DNA of 64,000 nucleotides, taken from assembly GCA_037139935.1 (NCBI GenBank), contig JBAXFL010000010.1:330-64329 (forward strand), written 5' to 3'. This DNA is from Thermoleophilia bacterium. GTDB taxonomy: Bacteria > Actinomycetota > Thermoleophilia > Gaiellales > Gaiellaceae. The first letter of the stretch is position 1; each line of letters starts with the position of its first letter. The notes under the pieces are model-generated. The model was given only the letters and a program-made list of their open reading frames with translations, was not told the origin of the DNA and made no database searches. Both the position numbers and the translations under genes were made by a program. This document shows, in pieces, positions 19,809 through 29,700 of the stretch.

Positions 19809-20698
19809 GGTCCGCCCAGATCACCGATCCGCGCAACATCACCGCCAGGTCGCAGAACCTCGGTCGCCGTCGCCGCATCCAGAAGCTGGCCGCGCTCGTG
19901 GCAATCCTGAGCACTGCGTTTGCCGTCCTCCTGCTCGCTCTCGTGCTCGGAACCGTTCTCTTCAGGGGCTTCCGCTCGATCGACTTGGCGTTCTTCACCA
20001 AGTCGGCGGCTCTCTTCGGGGAGAAGGGCGGCATCGCGGACGCTCTCATCGGCAGTGCCCTGATCGTGGGGATGGCGATGATCATGGCGGTCCCGAGCGC
20101 GATCCTCGTCGCGATCTACATCGCCGAGTACGCAGGCCCGAAAGCCGCATCTTTCCTCCGTGTCATGCTCGACGTCCTCAACGGCGTCCCCGCCATTATC
20201 GTCGGCATCTTCATCTACGGGCTGTTCGTCGTCGGTCATGGTCAGAGCGCCATCTACGGAGCCATGGCTCTCGCTATCCTGATGATTCCGATGGTCGCTC
20301 GCACGACGCAGGAAATCCTCGAGCTGGTTCCCCGCCATCTGCGCGAGGCGAGCCTTGCGCTCGGCGTTCCGCAGTGGCGGACGGTGTACAATATCGTGCT
20401 GCCGACCGCGATCGGTGGCATTCTCACGGGGGTCGTGATTGCCGTCGCCCGCGTCGCCGGCGAGACGGCGCCGCTCCTCTTCACGTCGTCGATCACGCCG
20501 AACCAGATCTCCTTCGATGTCCACAACGCACTCCCGACGCTCCCGTTGCGCATCTTTACGCTTTCGGAGTCACCGTCTCCCGACGACCAGGCGGCTGCCT
20601 GGGCGGCGGCGCTCGTGCTGATCCTGTTCGTGCTCGTGCTGAACATCGTGGCCAAGGCGATCGCAAGCCGGAAGCGCAAGGGCCTCGAAGGCGCGTAG
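19805..20698 (+). CDS. pstA: phosphate ABC transporter permease
   Basis: The ATG at 19805 overlaps the pstC stop (ATGA). The loop is 'EASLALGVPQWRTVYNIVLPTA'. The track ORF from 18992 is an out-of-frame extension over pstC. Confidence 0.88.
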   Translation: MRSAQITDPRNITARSQNLGRRRRIQKLAALVAILSTAFAVLLLALVLGTVLFRGFRSIDLAFFTKSAALFGEKGGIADALIGSALIVGMAMIMAVPSAILVAIYIAEYAGPKAASFLRVMLDVLNGVPAIIVGIFIYGLFVVGHGQSAIYGAMALAILMIPMVARTTQEILELVPRHLREASLALGVPQWRTVYNIVLPTAIGGILTGVVIAVARVAGETAPLLFTSSITPNQISFDVHNALPTLPLRIFTLSESPSPDDQAAAWAAALVLILFVLVLNIVAKAIASRKRKGLEGA

Positions 20699-20968
20699 GC
20701 AACGACCCGGCGCACGGTCTCGATTTTGGCAAACGTCAATTTTTGTGAAACGCTCAAAATATTGATCTCGATCGATATGAGGGGGTTCGTGTGAGTTCCC
20801 AGGCAGGCAGTCTCGAGATCCTCGACCCGATCCCCGGCAGCTCGACGACCCGGCCGAGGCAGAGCCCCTCGATGTGGTTCGCGCCATCCGGGACGAGACC
20901 GACACGTGCTGCGCGCCCTTGTGGCGGAGCTGGTTGCGTAGGTCTCACAGCGTGGGTCTGGTTGCAGG

Positions 20969-21424
20969 ATGACTCGTGACCAGGGCTCGCCTGCCGAGGG
21001 TGACGCACCACTGATCTCTGCCCGAAAGCGCGTGGTGCTGATCGCGCACGACAATCGGAAGGCAGACATGCTCGAGTGGGCGCGTTTCAACCGGGACACC
21101 CTCGCCGAGCACGAGCTCTATGCGACAGGAACGACAGGGGGACTCGTCGCGGGGGAGCTCGGACTCCCCGTCACGAGGTTCCTCAGCGGCCCACTCGGCG
21201 GCGATCAGCAGGTGGGGGCAGCAATCGCCGAGAACAGGGTCGATGTCGTTGTCTTCTTCTGGGACCCGCTGGAACCGCAGCCGCACGATGTCGACGTGAA
21301 GGCGCTTCTGCGGATCGCCGTCGTGTGCAACGTGCCGATGGCCTGCAACCGGGCGACGGCCGACTTCGTCCTCTCGAGCCCGCTGATGTCCACCGAGTAC
21401 CAGCGCTTGATCCTCACGAGTTGA
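20969..21424 (+). CDS. mgsA: methylglyoxal synthase
   Basis: 'VVLIAHDNRKADMLEW...LYATGTTGGLV...GPLGGDQQ...FFWDPL..QPHDVDVKALLR' matches MgsA along its whole ~150-aa length. Confidence 0.9.
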   Translation: MTRDQGSPAEGDAPLISARKRVVLIAHDNRKADMLEWARFNRDTLAEHELYATGTTGGLVAGELGLPVTRFLSGPLGGDQQVGAAIAENRVDVVVFFWDPLEPQPHDVDVKALLRIAVVCNVPMACNRATADFVLSSPLMSTEYQRLILTS

Positions 21425-21469
21425 CGGGTTCGGCCCCTCACGCTCAGTTCGTAGCGTGGGTCTCGATCT

Positions 21470-21497
21470 TTGACATATTTACGTATATCGATATGAT
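21470..21497 (+). promoter_or_regulatory. near-consensus promoter (TTGACA-16 nt-TATGAT) with embedded palindrome ATATCGATAT, candidate ArsR operator
   Basis: -35 TTGACA at 21470-21475 and -10 TATGAT at 21492-21497. The 10-bp palindrome at 21485-21494 overlaps the spacer and the -10. The arsR ATG follows at 21516. Confidence 0.5.
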
Positions 21498-21515
21498 CGG
21501 ATCTACGATGCGAGA

Positions 21516-21890
21516 ATGTATGACAACGGAAATGGGGTTGGTGTCGTGAGTGCTGCCCTCGAAGTGGTCGCGTGTTGCGTCCCGCTCGGGGTGCCGGTGA
21601 TGACCGAAGAGGAGGCTGACGCCACCGCTCGATTGTTCAGGACACTAGGTGACCCTGCCCGGGTACGGATCGTGAATATCCTTTCCGTCGCGGGTGGCCC
21701 CGTCTGTGCCTGCGACTTCTACGACTCCCTCGGTCTTGGTCAGCCGACCGTCTCCTACCACCTGAAGAAGCTGACGGAGGCGGGGCTGCTCGAGCGCGAG
21801 CAGCGTGGGAAGTGGGCCTTCTTCTCGCTGAGGAGCGAGGCCGTCGAGAAGCTGGCGGCAGTTGCTGATCTGCAGGCCGGATGCCCCTGA
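21516..21890 (+). CDS. arsR: ArsR/SmtB family metalloregulator
   Basis: N-terminal 'ACCVPL' Cys pair and the HTH '[17 protein letters not shown]....CACDF...[20 protein letters not shown]'. Confidence 0.87.
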   Translation: MYDNGNGVGVVSAALEVVACCVPLGVPVMTEEEADATARLFRTLGDPARVRIVNILSVAGGPVCACDFYDSLGLGQPTVSYHLKKLTEAGLLEREQRGKWAFFSLRSEAVEKLAAVADLQAGCP

Positions 21891-21912
21891 TGTCGTCGCC
21901 GACCCTGTTCGC

Positions 21913-22938
21913 ATGACCGTGCCAACGCGCGTCGGCATCAACGGCTTCGGGCGCATCGGGCGGCTCGCACTCCGGGCCGGTCTCGGGCGAGAGGATCTTG
22001 AGTTCGTGCATGTCAACGAGGTCAAGGGTGGGCCCCACACGGGTGCCCATCTCCTCGAGTTCGACTCCGTGCACGGGCGCTCGAGGTGCTCCATCACGAG
22101 CCACGACCGGGGACTGACCATCGACGGCCAGGCGCTCGGCTGGTCCGACGCTGCTGCGCCGATGGACGTTGACTGGGGGGGACTCGGCGTCGAGGTGGTG
22201 CTCGAATGCTCGGGAAGGTTCCGTACCGGCCCCACGTTGGCCCCGTTTCTCGACCGAGGTGCCTGCAAGGTCGTTGTCGCTGCTCCCGTCAAGGACGGCT
22301 CGGCGCTCAACGTCGTCGTCGGCGTCAACGACGACCGCTACGACCCGGTCGCCCACTCGATCGTGACCGCGGCTTCATGCACGACGAACTGCCTCGCGCC
22401 CGTCGTCAAGGTGCTGCACGAGGGGATCGGGATTAGCCACGGCTCGATCACGACACTTCACAACCTCACGAACACCCAGACGATCGTGGACGCTCCCCAC
22501 CGCGATCTCCGTCGAGCGCGTGCGGCCGGGCTGTCGCTGATCCCAACCACGACGGGCTCGGCCACGGCGATCGGTCTGATCTTTCCCGATCTCGAGGGCC
22601 GGCTCGACGGGCACGCGGTGCGGGTGCCTCTGCTCAACGCATCGCTCACCGACTGCGTCTTCGAGCTTGCCCGCGCGACCACCGTCGAGGAGGTCAACGA
22701 CCTCCTGCGTACTGCGGCCGCCGGCCCGCTCGTCGGCATCCTCGGGGTCGAGGAGCGGCCACTCGTGAGTGTGGACTACGTGAACGACCCGCGGTCGGCG
22801 ATCGTGGATGCCCTCTCCACGATGGTCGTTGCCGGCACCCAGGCGAAGGTCTACGCCTGGTACGACAACGAGTGGGGCTACGCGAACCGACTCGTCGAGC
22901 TTGCCGCGATCGTGGCGCAGAGTCTCGAGAGCAGCTGA
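21913..22938 (+). CDS. gap: type I glyceraldehyde-3-phosphate dehydrogenase (ars-operon-associated copy)
   Basis: '[11 protein letters not shown]' and the catalytic motif '[10 protein letters not shown]'. It lies immediately upstream of arsJ and downstream of arsR. Confidence 0.9.
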   Translation: MTVPTRVGINGFGRIGRLALRAGLGREDLEFVHVNEVKGGPHTGAHLLEFDSVHGRSRCSITSHDRGLTIDGQALGWSDAAAPMDVDWGGLGVEVVLECSGRFRTGPTLAPFLDRGACKVVVAAPVKDGSALNVVVGVNDDRYDPVAHSIVTAASCTTNCLAPVVKVLHEGIGISHGSITTLHNLTNTQTIVDAPHRDLRRARAAGLSLIPTTTGSATAIGLIFPDLEGRLDGHAVRVPLLNASLTDCVFELARATTVEEVNDLLRTAAAGPLVGILGVEERPLVSVDYVNDPRSAIVDALSTMVVAGTQAKVYAWYDNEWGYANRLVELAAIVAQSLESS

Positions 22939-22957
22939 TGCGACCCGGCGCATAGCG

Positions 22958-24220
22958 ATGAACACCGCAGACGCGCCAGCCACTCCCCGTGCCGGCGACC
23001 GGCGCAACTACGCCATCGTCACCGGCGCCTACTGGGCCGACACGCTGACTGACGGGGCGCTCCGCGTTCTCGTCCTCTTCACCTTCTACGACCGTGGCTA
23101 CAGCCCGTTCCAGGTTGCGATGCTGTTTGTCTTCTACGAGGCATTCGGGATCATTACCAACCTCGTGGGGGGCTTCCTCGCTGCGCGCTTCGGCCTGAAG
23201 ACAACGCTCGTCGGTGGGCTGGCAATGCAGCTCGTCGCCCTCTCGATGCTTGCACTCGTTCCTGCCGCCTGGCTCGTCGTGCCATACGTGATGGCCGCGC
23301 AGGCGCTCTCCGGTATCGCAAAAGACCTCACCAAGATGAGCGCCAAGAGTACCGTCAGGCTCGTCGTGCCCACGGACGCGCCCGACATGCTCTTCCGCTG
23401 GGTTGCGCTGCTGACCGGCTCGAAGAACGCCCTCAAGGGCGTCGGCTTCTTCCTCGGCGGAATCCTCCTCACGGTGGTCGGCTTCCGGAGCGCCCTTCTC
23501 GTGCTCGCTGCGCTCGTCGGGACAGCGCTCGTCGTCGTCCTCACCATGTTGCGCGGCTCGCTCGGCCCCGGAAGCGCGCGGGCGAAGTTTGCCCAGATGT
23601 TCTCCAACACGCGTGCGATCAACGTCCTCGCTGCCGCGCGCCTCGTCCTTTTTGCCTCTCGTGACGTCTGGTTCGTCGTGGCCCTTCCCGTCTTTCTTCG
23701 CACGCAGGAGGGATGGAGCTTCTGGCAGGTCGGAGCTTTTCTGGGAGGGTGGGTCATCTTCTACGGCATCGTGCAGGCAAGCGCCCCCGCACTCCTGCGC
23801 CGGCGTGGCCATGGTGAGCCCACGGGCCTCACGGCCACCTGGCTCGCGTTCATCCTCGCCGCGCTCACCGCTGCTATCGCGGTGGTGCTCTGGTCGGACG
23901 TTGACCCCTCGGTCGTCCTTGTCGTCGGACTGCTCCTCTTTGGTGTGATCTTTGCGCTCAACTCGGCGGTGCACTCGTTCCTGATCTTGCACTACGCCGA
24001 GGCAGACAGGGTCGCGATGAACGTCGGCTTCTACTACATGGCGAACGCCACCGGTCGTCTCCTCGGAACCGTTCTCTCGGGTCTGCTGTACGAGTGGCGA
24101 GGGCTCACCGCCTGCCTCGTTGCCAGCGTCATACTCCTCGTTATGGCCGGTCTGCTCTCGTTTCTGCTCCCGCGGGAGGTTGTGGCGACGAGGTACCGGC
24201 CGCTGCCTGGGGCAGCGTGA
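22958..24220 (+). CDS. arsJ: MFS organoarsenical (1-arseno-3-phosphoglycerate) efflux permease ArsJ-like
   Basis: 'NYAIVTGAYWADTLTDGALRVLVLFTFYDRGYSPFQVAMLFVFYEAFGIITNLVGG' resembles the ArsJ N-terminus. The gene is paired with the ars-linked GAPDH. The ATG at 22958 is internal to the track ORF. Confidence 0.75.
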   Translation: MNTADAPATPRAGDRRNYAIVTGAYWADTLTDGALRVLVLFTFYDRGYSPFQVAMLFVFYEAFGIITNLVGGFLAARFGLKTTLVGGLAMQLVALSMLALVPAAWLVVPYVMAAQALSGIAKDLTKMSAKSTVRLVVPTDAPDMLFRWVALLTGSKNALKGVGFFLGGILLTVVGFRSALLVLAALVGTALVVVLTMLRGSLGPGSARAKFAQMFSNTRAINVLAAARLVLFASRDVWFVVALPVFLRTQEGWSFWQVGAFLGGWVIFYGIVQASAPALLRRRGHGEPTGLTATWLAFILAALTAAIAVVLWSDVDPSVVLVVGLLLFGVIFALNSAVHSFLILHYAEADRVAMNVGFYYMANATGRLLGTVLSGLLYEWRGLTACLVASVILLVMAGLLSFLLPREVVATRYRPLPGAA

Positions 24221-24303
24221 CCCGAGCGCGCTGACGACCCGTGAGAGCGCACCGCGATGCGCCGGTTGCTGCCCTACAGTCCTGCTGCCGTTTCAGGCCC
24301 TGA

Positions 24304-26754
24304 TCACTGCACGACCTGGGTGAAGGCGGGGCTCGTGCTGGCTGCGAACCCGCCGCCCGCGGTGTTCTGAACCCACACCGGCTGATCGCCGTGGCTCGTC
24401 TTCTGGAACGCGCCGATCCAGGAGATCGTGGTCGCTGTGAGCGCCGTGATCACGTGCGTGTCATTCGTCTGGGTGGTCGTTCCCATCGCGATCGTGTCGC
24501 CCACCTTCAGGCCGGCCGTGCTGCGCACGGTGCAGGTCGTGGCGGTTGTCCCACAGGTGCCAACGGTGGTCGTCCTTGCGGGAGAAGTCGCTGTTCCTGT
24601 GTTGTTTGTCAGGTCGGGGCTGTAGACCGCGGTGATCGTATGCGTCCCCGCACGGAGGCTGCTCGTCGTCAACGAGGCCCTGCCGGCGCCGTCGAGAGGC
24701 ACGTTCGGGCCGATGGTGATACCGCCGTCCTTGAACTGGACGGTGCCCGTCGGGCTCCAAGCCCGCGCCGCTGCTGCGACGGTGGCCGTCAGCGTGACAG
24801 GCTGGCCGGCGGCCGGGGAGGCGGTGTTGCTCGTTACGGTCGCCGTCGTCGGTGCGCACATTGGCGAGAGCTTGTTCAGCTCTGCAATCGCTTGCGCCCA
24901 CGAGAACTGGCCACCGTCGCTGAAGGAGTAGTAGGTCGCACCGTTCGGCATCATCGCGATCGTAATGCCGCCGTATCCCGACATCTCCGGGACGCGCAGC
25001 GCACAGCCTGGCACCTGGCTCGTCGTCGGATAGGCCCAGAGCCCGTTGCTGTAGCGCCAGCCTCCGGCAGATACGGTGCTGTCGCCGTTCTGAGTGCTGT
25101 CGGTCGTCACGGCTGCGACACCCGTATCGGCGGTGAGGCGCTGCATTCCGGCTAGCACCTGGTTGCGGTCTACGAGTTGCACGCCGTCGCTCGCGCCACC
25201 ATTCTGGTAGAGCGTCGCCAGTTTCGCAACGTCGTCCACGGTGAAGAAGAGGCCGTAGGCGCCCCACGGCCGGCCGGCCGTGGGTGTGCTGCGCTGGGTA
25301 GAGGCGTTGTCGGTGCGCTCGGTGGTCAGCGCTCCGGTGGTGAGGTGCGCGGGGGCGTAGACCTCGTCACGCATCAGCGTGAAGAGGTCGGCTCCGGGCC
25401 CGGCCTTCCCCTGGAGATACCCCGTCTCTCCCTGCGTCAACAGGAAGTGGTCTACCGTGTGGTAGACCCACGTGAAGCCCTGCTGTCCGGGATGCGGTGC
25501 ATATGAGAGCGCGTAGCCGAGCTTCCCCGTGGTGGCGCTGCCGAACGCCTCGGCCGTCAGGAAACCCGTCGTCTTCGTCCCGTTCTCGTCGCTCTCGTAG
25601 AGCTGCGAGCTGTAGTTGCCCGTTGCCATGTCTGCGGCGTTGTCCAGTGTGGCGGGCGAGGAGCTCCAGTTGGCGCTCGCAGCCATCTCCGGAACGGTGC
25701 TGCGGAGCGTCGCCGCGAGCACGCCGGAGCCGTACTTCGCGGTCAGCCGTGCCAGCGCGAGTCCCGCGAAGGCAGCCTTTGCCGTCGAGTAGGACGGGAG
25801 CCGCATTTCGGCACAGAACGCGTAGGTTCCGAAGCGTGTTGCGCAGCCCTTCGTGGCCGAGGAGGCGTCGGCGACATAGTTGACGCCCCGGTAGACGACG
25901 CCGTAGGCGGTCATCGTCGAGGCCGTGATGCCTCTTCCGAACGTCGAGAGGTTGATCCCGGCTCCCGGGTAGTCGGTCGCAAGAGCGGCAAGCGGCCTGA
26001 TCGGCATCCGGTTTGCGATCTCGGCCACCTGGGCACTCTGGAGTGCGGCGCTGTTTGTGATCGCGTGCGGCGCGTACGTCGCGGCGAGTTGCCCGGCCAT
26101 GTCGAACTGGTAGAGGACGCATGTCTCGGCGGTCACCTGATAGCGCACGTTGGAGACTGTCGTTTCGTTGTACAGGAATGTCATCGCCCCGTTGTGGGCG
26201 CAGTTGGCATTCCGGTCAACGAGCGTGAACGGGAAGGACGCACGCGAGAACGTGACGGCACCGCCCGTGTCGGAGTTCTCCTTCCAGGCGCGCCCGGGCC
26301 CCACGATGAGGTTGTAGGTCGAGCCGGCCTGTGTATCGCCGGTGATCACGAGACCCTGGGTGGCAGGGATCAGATAGCTGCCGCTCTGGACGAAGTCGAT
26401 GGTTACGGGCGGCAGATGCTTCCCGCAGCTCTTGGAACACCCGGCGACGTTCGTGAATCCACCGGCGATACCGGGATTCTGGAGAGTGAGGGTTCCCGCG
26501 AGCGTGAAATCGGGCATTGCGGCGCCCGCCGGGACTGCGAAGGCGTCGTCGTTGACGGGGGTTGCCGGTGCCTGGGCGGTGGTCAACTGACTGTACGTCA
26601 GCAGCGTCCTGCTCACCTGCCCGCTGCCCATCAACGGATCTCCGGGCACCGGAGCTGGACTGTCTGCGCCTGCAATCGAAACGAACGTCGCGGCGACCAG
26701 TGCAACAGCGCCGACGAATGCGAGTGTGTGGGCGAGGTGGGGTGTCCTGCGCAC
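24304..26754 (-). CDS. secreted beta-lactamase-fold serine hydrolase-like protein with C-terminal Ig-like domain
   Basis: Signal peptide present. A possible SxxK motif lies in 'LPSYSTAKAAF'. The Ig-like (Big_3-type) segment is 'GQPVTLTATV...TGTVQFKDGGITIG...GTHTITAVY'. It lies 18 bp downstream of the S8 peptidase gene. Confidence 0.55.
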   Translation of the reverse strand: MRRTPHLAHTLAFVGAVALVAATFVSIAGADSPAPVPGDPLMGSGQVSRTLLTYSQLTTAQAPATPVNDDAFAVPAGAAMPDFTLAGTLTLQNPGIAGGFTNVAGCSKSCGKHLPPVTIDFVQSGSYLIPATQGLVITGDTQAGSTYNLIVGPGRAWKENSDTGGAVTFSRASFPFTLVDRNANCAHNGAMTFLYNETTVSNVRYQVTAETCVLYQFDMAGQLAATYAPHAITNSAALQSAQVAEIANRMPIRPLAALATDYPGAGINLSTFGRGITASTMTAYGVVYRGVNYVADASSATKGCATRFGTYAFCAEMRLPSYSTAKAAFAGLALARLTAKYGSGVLAATLRSTVPEMAASANWSSSPATLDNAADMATGNYSSQLYESDENGTKTTGFLTAEAFGSATTGKLGYALSYAPHPGQQGFTWVYHTVDHFLLTQGETGYLQGKAGPGADLFTLMRDEVYAPAHLTTGALTTERTDNASTQRSTPTAGRPWGAYGLFFTVDDVAKLATLYQNGGASDGVQLVDRNQVLAGMQRLTADTGVAAVTTDSTQNGDSTVSAGGWRYSNGLWAYPTTSQVPGCALRVPEMSGYGGITIAMMPNGATYYSFSDGGQFSWAQAIAELNKLSPMCAPTTATVTSNTASPAAGQPVTLTATVAAAARAWSPTGTVQFKDGGITIGPNVPLDGAGRASLTTSSLRAGTHTITAVYSPDLTNNTGTATSPARTTTVGTCGTTATTCTVRSTAGLKVGDTIAMGTTTQTNDTHVITALTATTISWIGAFQKTSHGDQPVWVQNTAGGGFAASTSPAFTQVVQ

Positions 26755-26772
26755 AGAAGATCTTCCTGCCGT

Positions 26773-29700
26773 CTAAGCGTTGGCGGTGATCTGCGTGCCC
26801 AGTCCCTGCGCCGTCGTGGTGGGGAGTGCCGGCTGTCCAACGGTAGGCGTGTAGGTGAACGTCGTGGCCAGGGTGCCACTCGTGCCACTCGTGAACACGA
26901 TACTTACCGGGATCGTTGTCCCGACCGACACCCACGCCTTTGTCGTGGTGTTCCAGTAGGAGAGGGTGCCGGTGCCTGTGGCCGTTCCGGTGGTGCCGGT
27001 GCGACTGTAGGTGGTGAGGGTGCCGACGAACTGCCAGGTGTCGGTCTGGATGAACCTGAACTGGCCGGTCGGTGTGCTGCCGGAGATCTGGAAGCCGGCA
27101 CTGACGCGCCGGGCACCCACCACCGTGTACTGGCCGCCGCCGTAGGCACGAGCACCTGTGGCTGTCGGAGTCGTTGCAGTCGGTTGCACCGTGAGCGTCG
27201 AGGTGCTGACGCTGACAGCGGCGCAGGTAGCGCTCGCAGCCTTGGTGACCGTCACGGTGTACACGCCTCTGAGCCACGAGGTCGTGGACGTCGTCGGCAA
27301 CGCGTATGCGCCCACGACGCCGGTAAGCGGGTTGCGGTCAATCGTGTAGGTCAACGCACCCGTGCATGTGGTCGGAGTCGATGTTGCTGAACTTGTGATC
27401 GCGCCACCGGGAGCGATCAGGAACGAGCCCGTGTAGACGACGACCGGCACGGTGGGCGCGTTGACGGTGAGTGTGCCGTTCACGTAGGTGGGTGTGTAGG
27501 TGGCGGACACGCCGCCTTCGCAGCGCGTCACGTAGCTGCCGGCGGTCGAGACGCCTGTGAGCTTGACCGTGGAGACCGCAGTCGCGTACACGGCACAGGT
27601 GGGCGCTGTTGTCCAGGTGACAGGAGTCGGGTTCGTCGTGAACGTGACTGCCGGATAGGTGGCGCCCGCCACGATCGAGGCGGGTGTCGATGCTGTGACG
27701 GTCACCGCCGCCTTGCTCACGGTGAGTGTGCCGTTCACGTAGGTGGGTGTGTAGGTGGCGGACACGCCGCCTTCGCAGCGCGTCACGTAGCTGCCGGCGG
27801 TCGAGACGCCTGTGAGCTTGACCGTGGAGACCGCAGTCGCGTACACGGCACAGGTGGGCGCTGTTGTCCAGGTGACAGGAGTCGGGTTCGTCGTGAACGT
27901 GACTGCCGGATAGGTGGCGCCCGCCACGATCGAGGCGGGTGTCGATGCTGTGACGGTCACCGCCGCCTTGGCGCCGTTGACGGTGATCGTGAGGGAACCC
28001 GTGGCTGTTCGGACAGGGCTGCCGCCGTCGGTTGCGAGGACGGTGAACGTCCATGAACCGGCGGTGGAGGGTGTCCCCGTGATGGTGCCAGTCGAGGCAG
28101 CGAGGGCCAGTCCGGGTGGCAGTGATCCCGTCGAGATAGACCAGGCGTACGGTGTCTGGCCGCCGGTTGCGGCGAGCGTCGCGCTGTAGGCCGTCGCCAC
28201 ACTCCCCGAAGCAAGGGAGGTGGTACTGACAGTCAATGGGAGGGCGACGCGGATCGTCATGCTTCTGGTCGAGATGGCACCGTCGGCTCCGGCCACCTGA
28301 GCCGTGAAGGTAGAGGTTGCGGCTGCCGTCGGCGTTCCGCCGACAATGCCACTGGACGGGTTCAGGGTCAGCCCGGCGGGTAGTGCTCCCGCCACGATCG
28401 TCCAGGCGTACGGCGTCTGGCCGCCGGTTGCGGCGAGGGTCGAGGCGTAGGCGCTTGTCACGGTTCCGTCGGGCAAGGAGATCGTGCTGATCAGCGGCGC
28501 GGTCGTCATGCTGGCCGTGCAGCTGTAGGCGGTCAGGCTCTGGAGTTTCGCCGTGTTGTACGAGATCTGCGTGCCTTCGCTACCGTTGGTATTTTCGACG
28601 CCGGCTGTGGCAGAGGCCCCGTTGTCGTAGGTTGCGCTGCCGACGAGGGTATCCAGATACTGGATCGTGATTGCTCCTGAGGCCTCGTCGAGGACGATCT
28701 CGAAGGTAACGGCACTCCCCGAAACCGAGTAGCGCGGTACGCCGACCCAGGCGACCACGAACTGCCGGTTGGGAGCTGTCCCGACGGTTGTGTAATAGAT
28801 GCTGCCGCCAAGCTGCGGGCTGAGGTCGTCCCAGAATGCGGCCACGAAGCCGTTCGGTTGAGTCGCTGCGGGGATACCGACATTGACGAACTCCGTTGCA
28901 AGGCCTTTTCCGAGCCGGAGGAACCCGTTGGAGGAGACCTGCACCTCGCTCACTGATGCACCGTCGTAGGAGAACGGAAACGGGAGGGCGACGCTGGCTG
29001 ACGCATCATCGCTCAGCGTCAGCGATTTGCCATCCGTGGTCGCGTCGAGCCATTTGTAGGGGCTTGCGACGCAGGTGTAGGGGGGGAGGGTCGTCGCGCT
29101 CGACACGCTCGACCAGGTCGATTCCGTGCCGCCGCTGTAGCCGTTGGTAGCCCGGACACGGAAGCAGTAGCTGGTGGAGGGTCGAAGGCCTGTCGCGAGA
29201 GCGGTGGTCGTCCCCACGGGAACGCTGGTGATCGTCGTGAATGACCCGCAGCCAGCCGGACTCTGCTGGATCTCCCAGAGCTGTTCATTTTGGGCTTCGT
29301 CTGTCCATGACAACGAGATCGACGACGACGGAGCAGCGGAGGTGGTAAAGGCTGTGGCGCCGCCGGTAACTGGCGCCGTGGCAGGCTGGCACCCAGCGGT
29401 CATTGCGCCCACATCGAGGCGACCTCCGGTGGTCGTTTTGCCGGTAAGCGACGAGGTGGCCTGGGCACTCGAGATGACCGCAGTGCGCAACTGCATTGCG
29501 GTGAGCGAAGGGTTGATGGACGCGCAGAGGGCCACCGCTCCCGTGACGTGGGGCGCGGCCATCGAGGTGCCGCTCAAGGACACATAGCTGTTGAGCGGAA
29601 ACGTTGACACGACGGCGACGCCCGGCGCCCCCAGATCGACCGTCGTCGCCCCGTAATTCGAGAAGGACGCGAGGGCGCCCGTCGAGTCAATGGCCGCAAC

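Noticed and set aside
18992-20698. 568-aa ORF that looks like one large protein
   Set aside because: Its first ~270 codons run out of frame across pstC and are Arg/Pro-rich junk. Only the part from the ATG at 19805 (ATGA overlap with the pstC stop) matches PstA.
21439-21458. Hairpin CACGCT-N8-AGCGTG after mgsA as a terminator
   Set aside because: The stem is only 6-8 bp and no U-tract follows directly. It is plausible but not supportable from sequence alone.
22694-23992. 432-aa minus-strand ORF
   Set aside because: It is antisense to gapdh/arsJ, highly charged and low in complexity, with no recognisable motifs.
27400-28500. Repeated sequence blocks that might suggest a CRISPR-like or other repeat array
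   Set aside because: The repeats are 250 bp long, directly adjacent with no spacers, in frame, and encode protein domains of the S8 peptidase. No short repeat/spacer periodicity was seen anywhere in the window.
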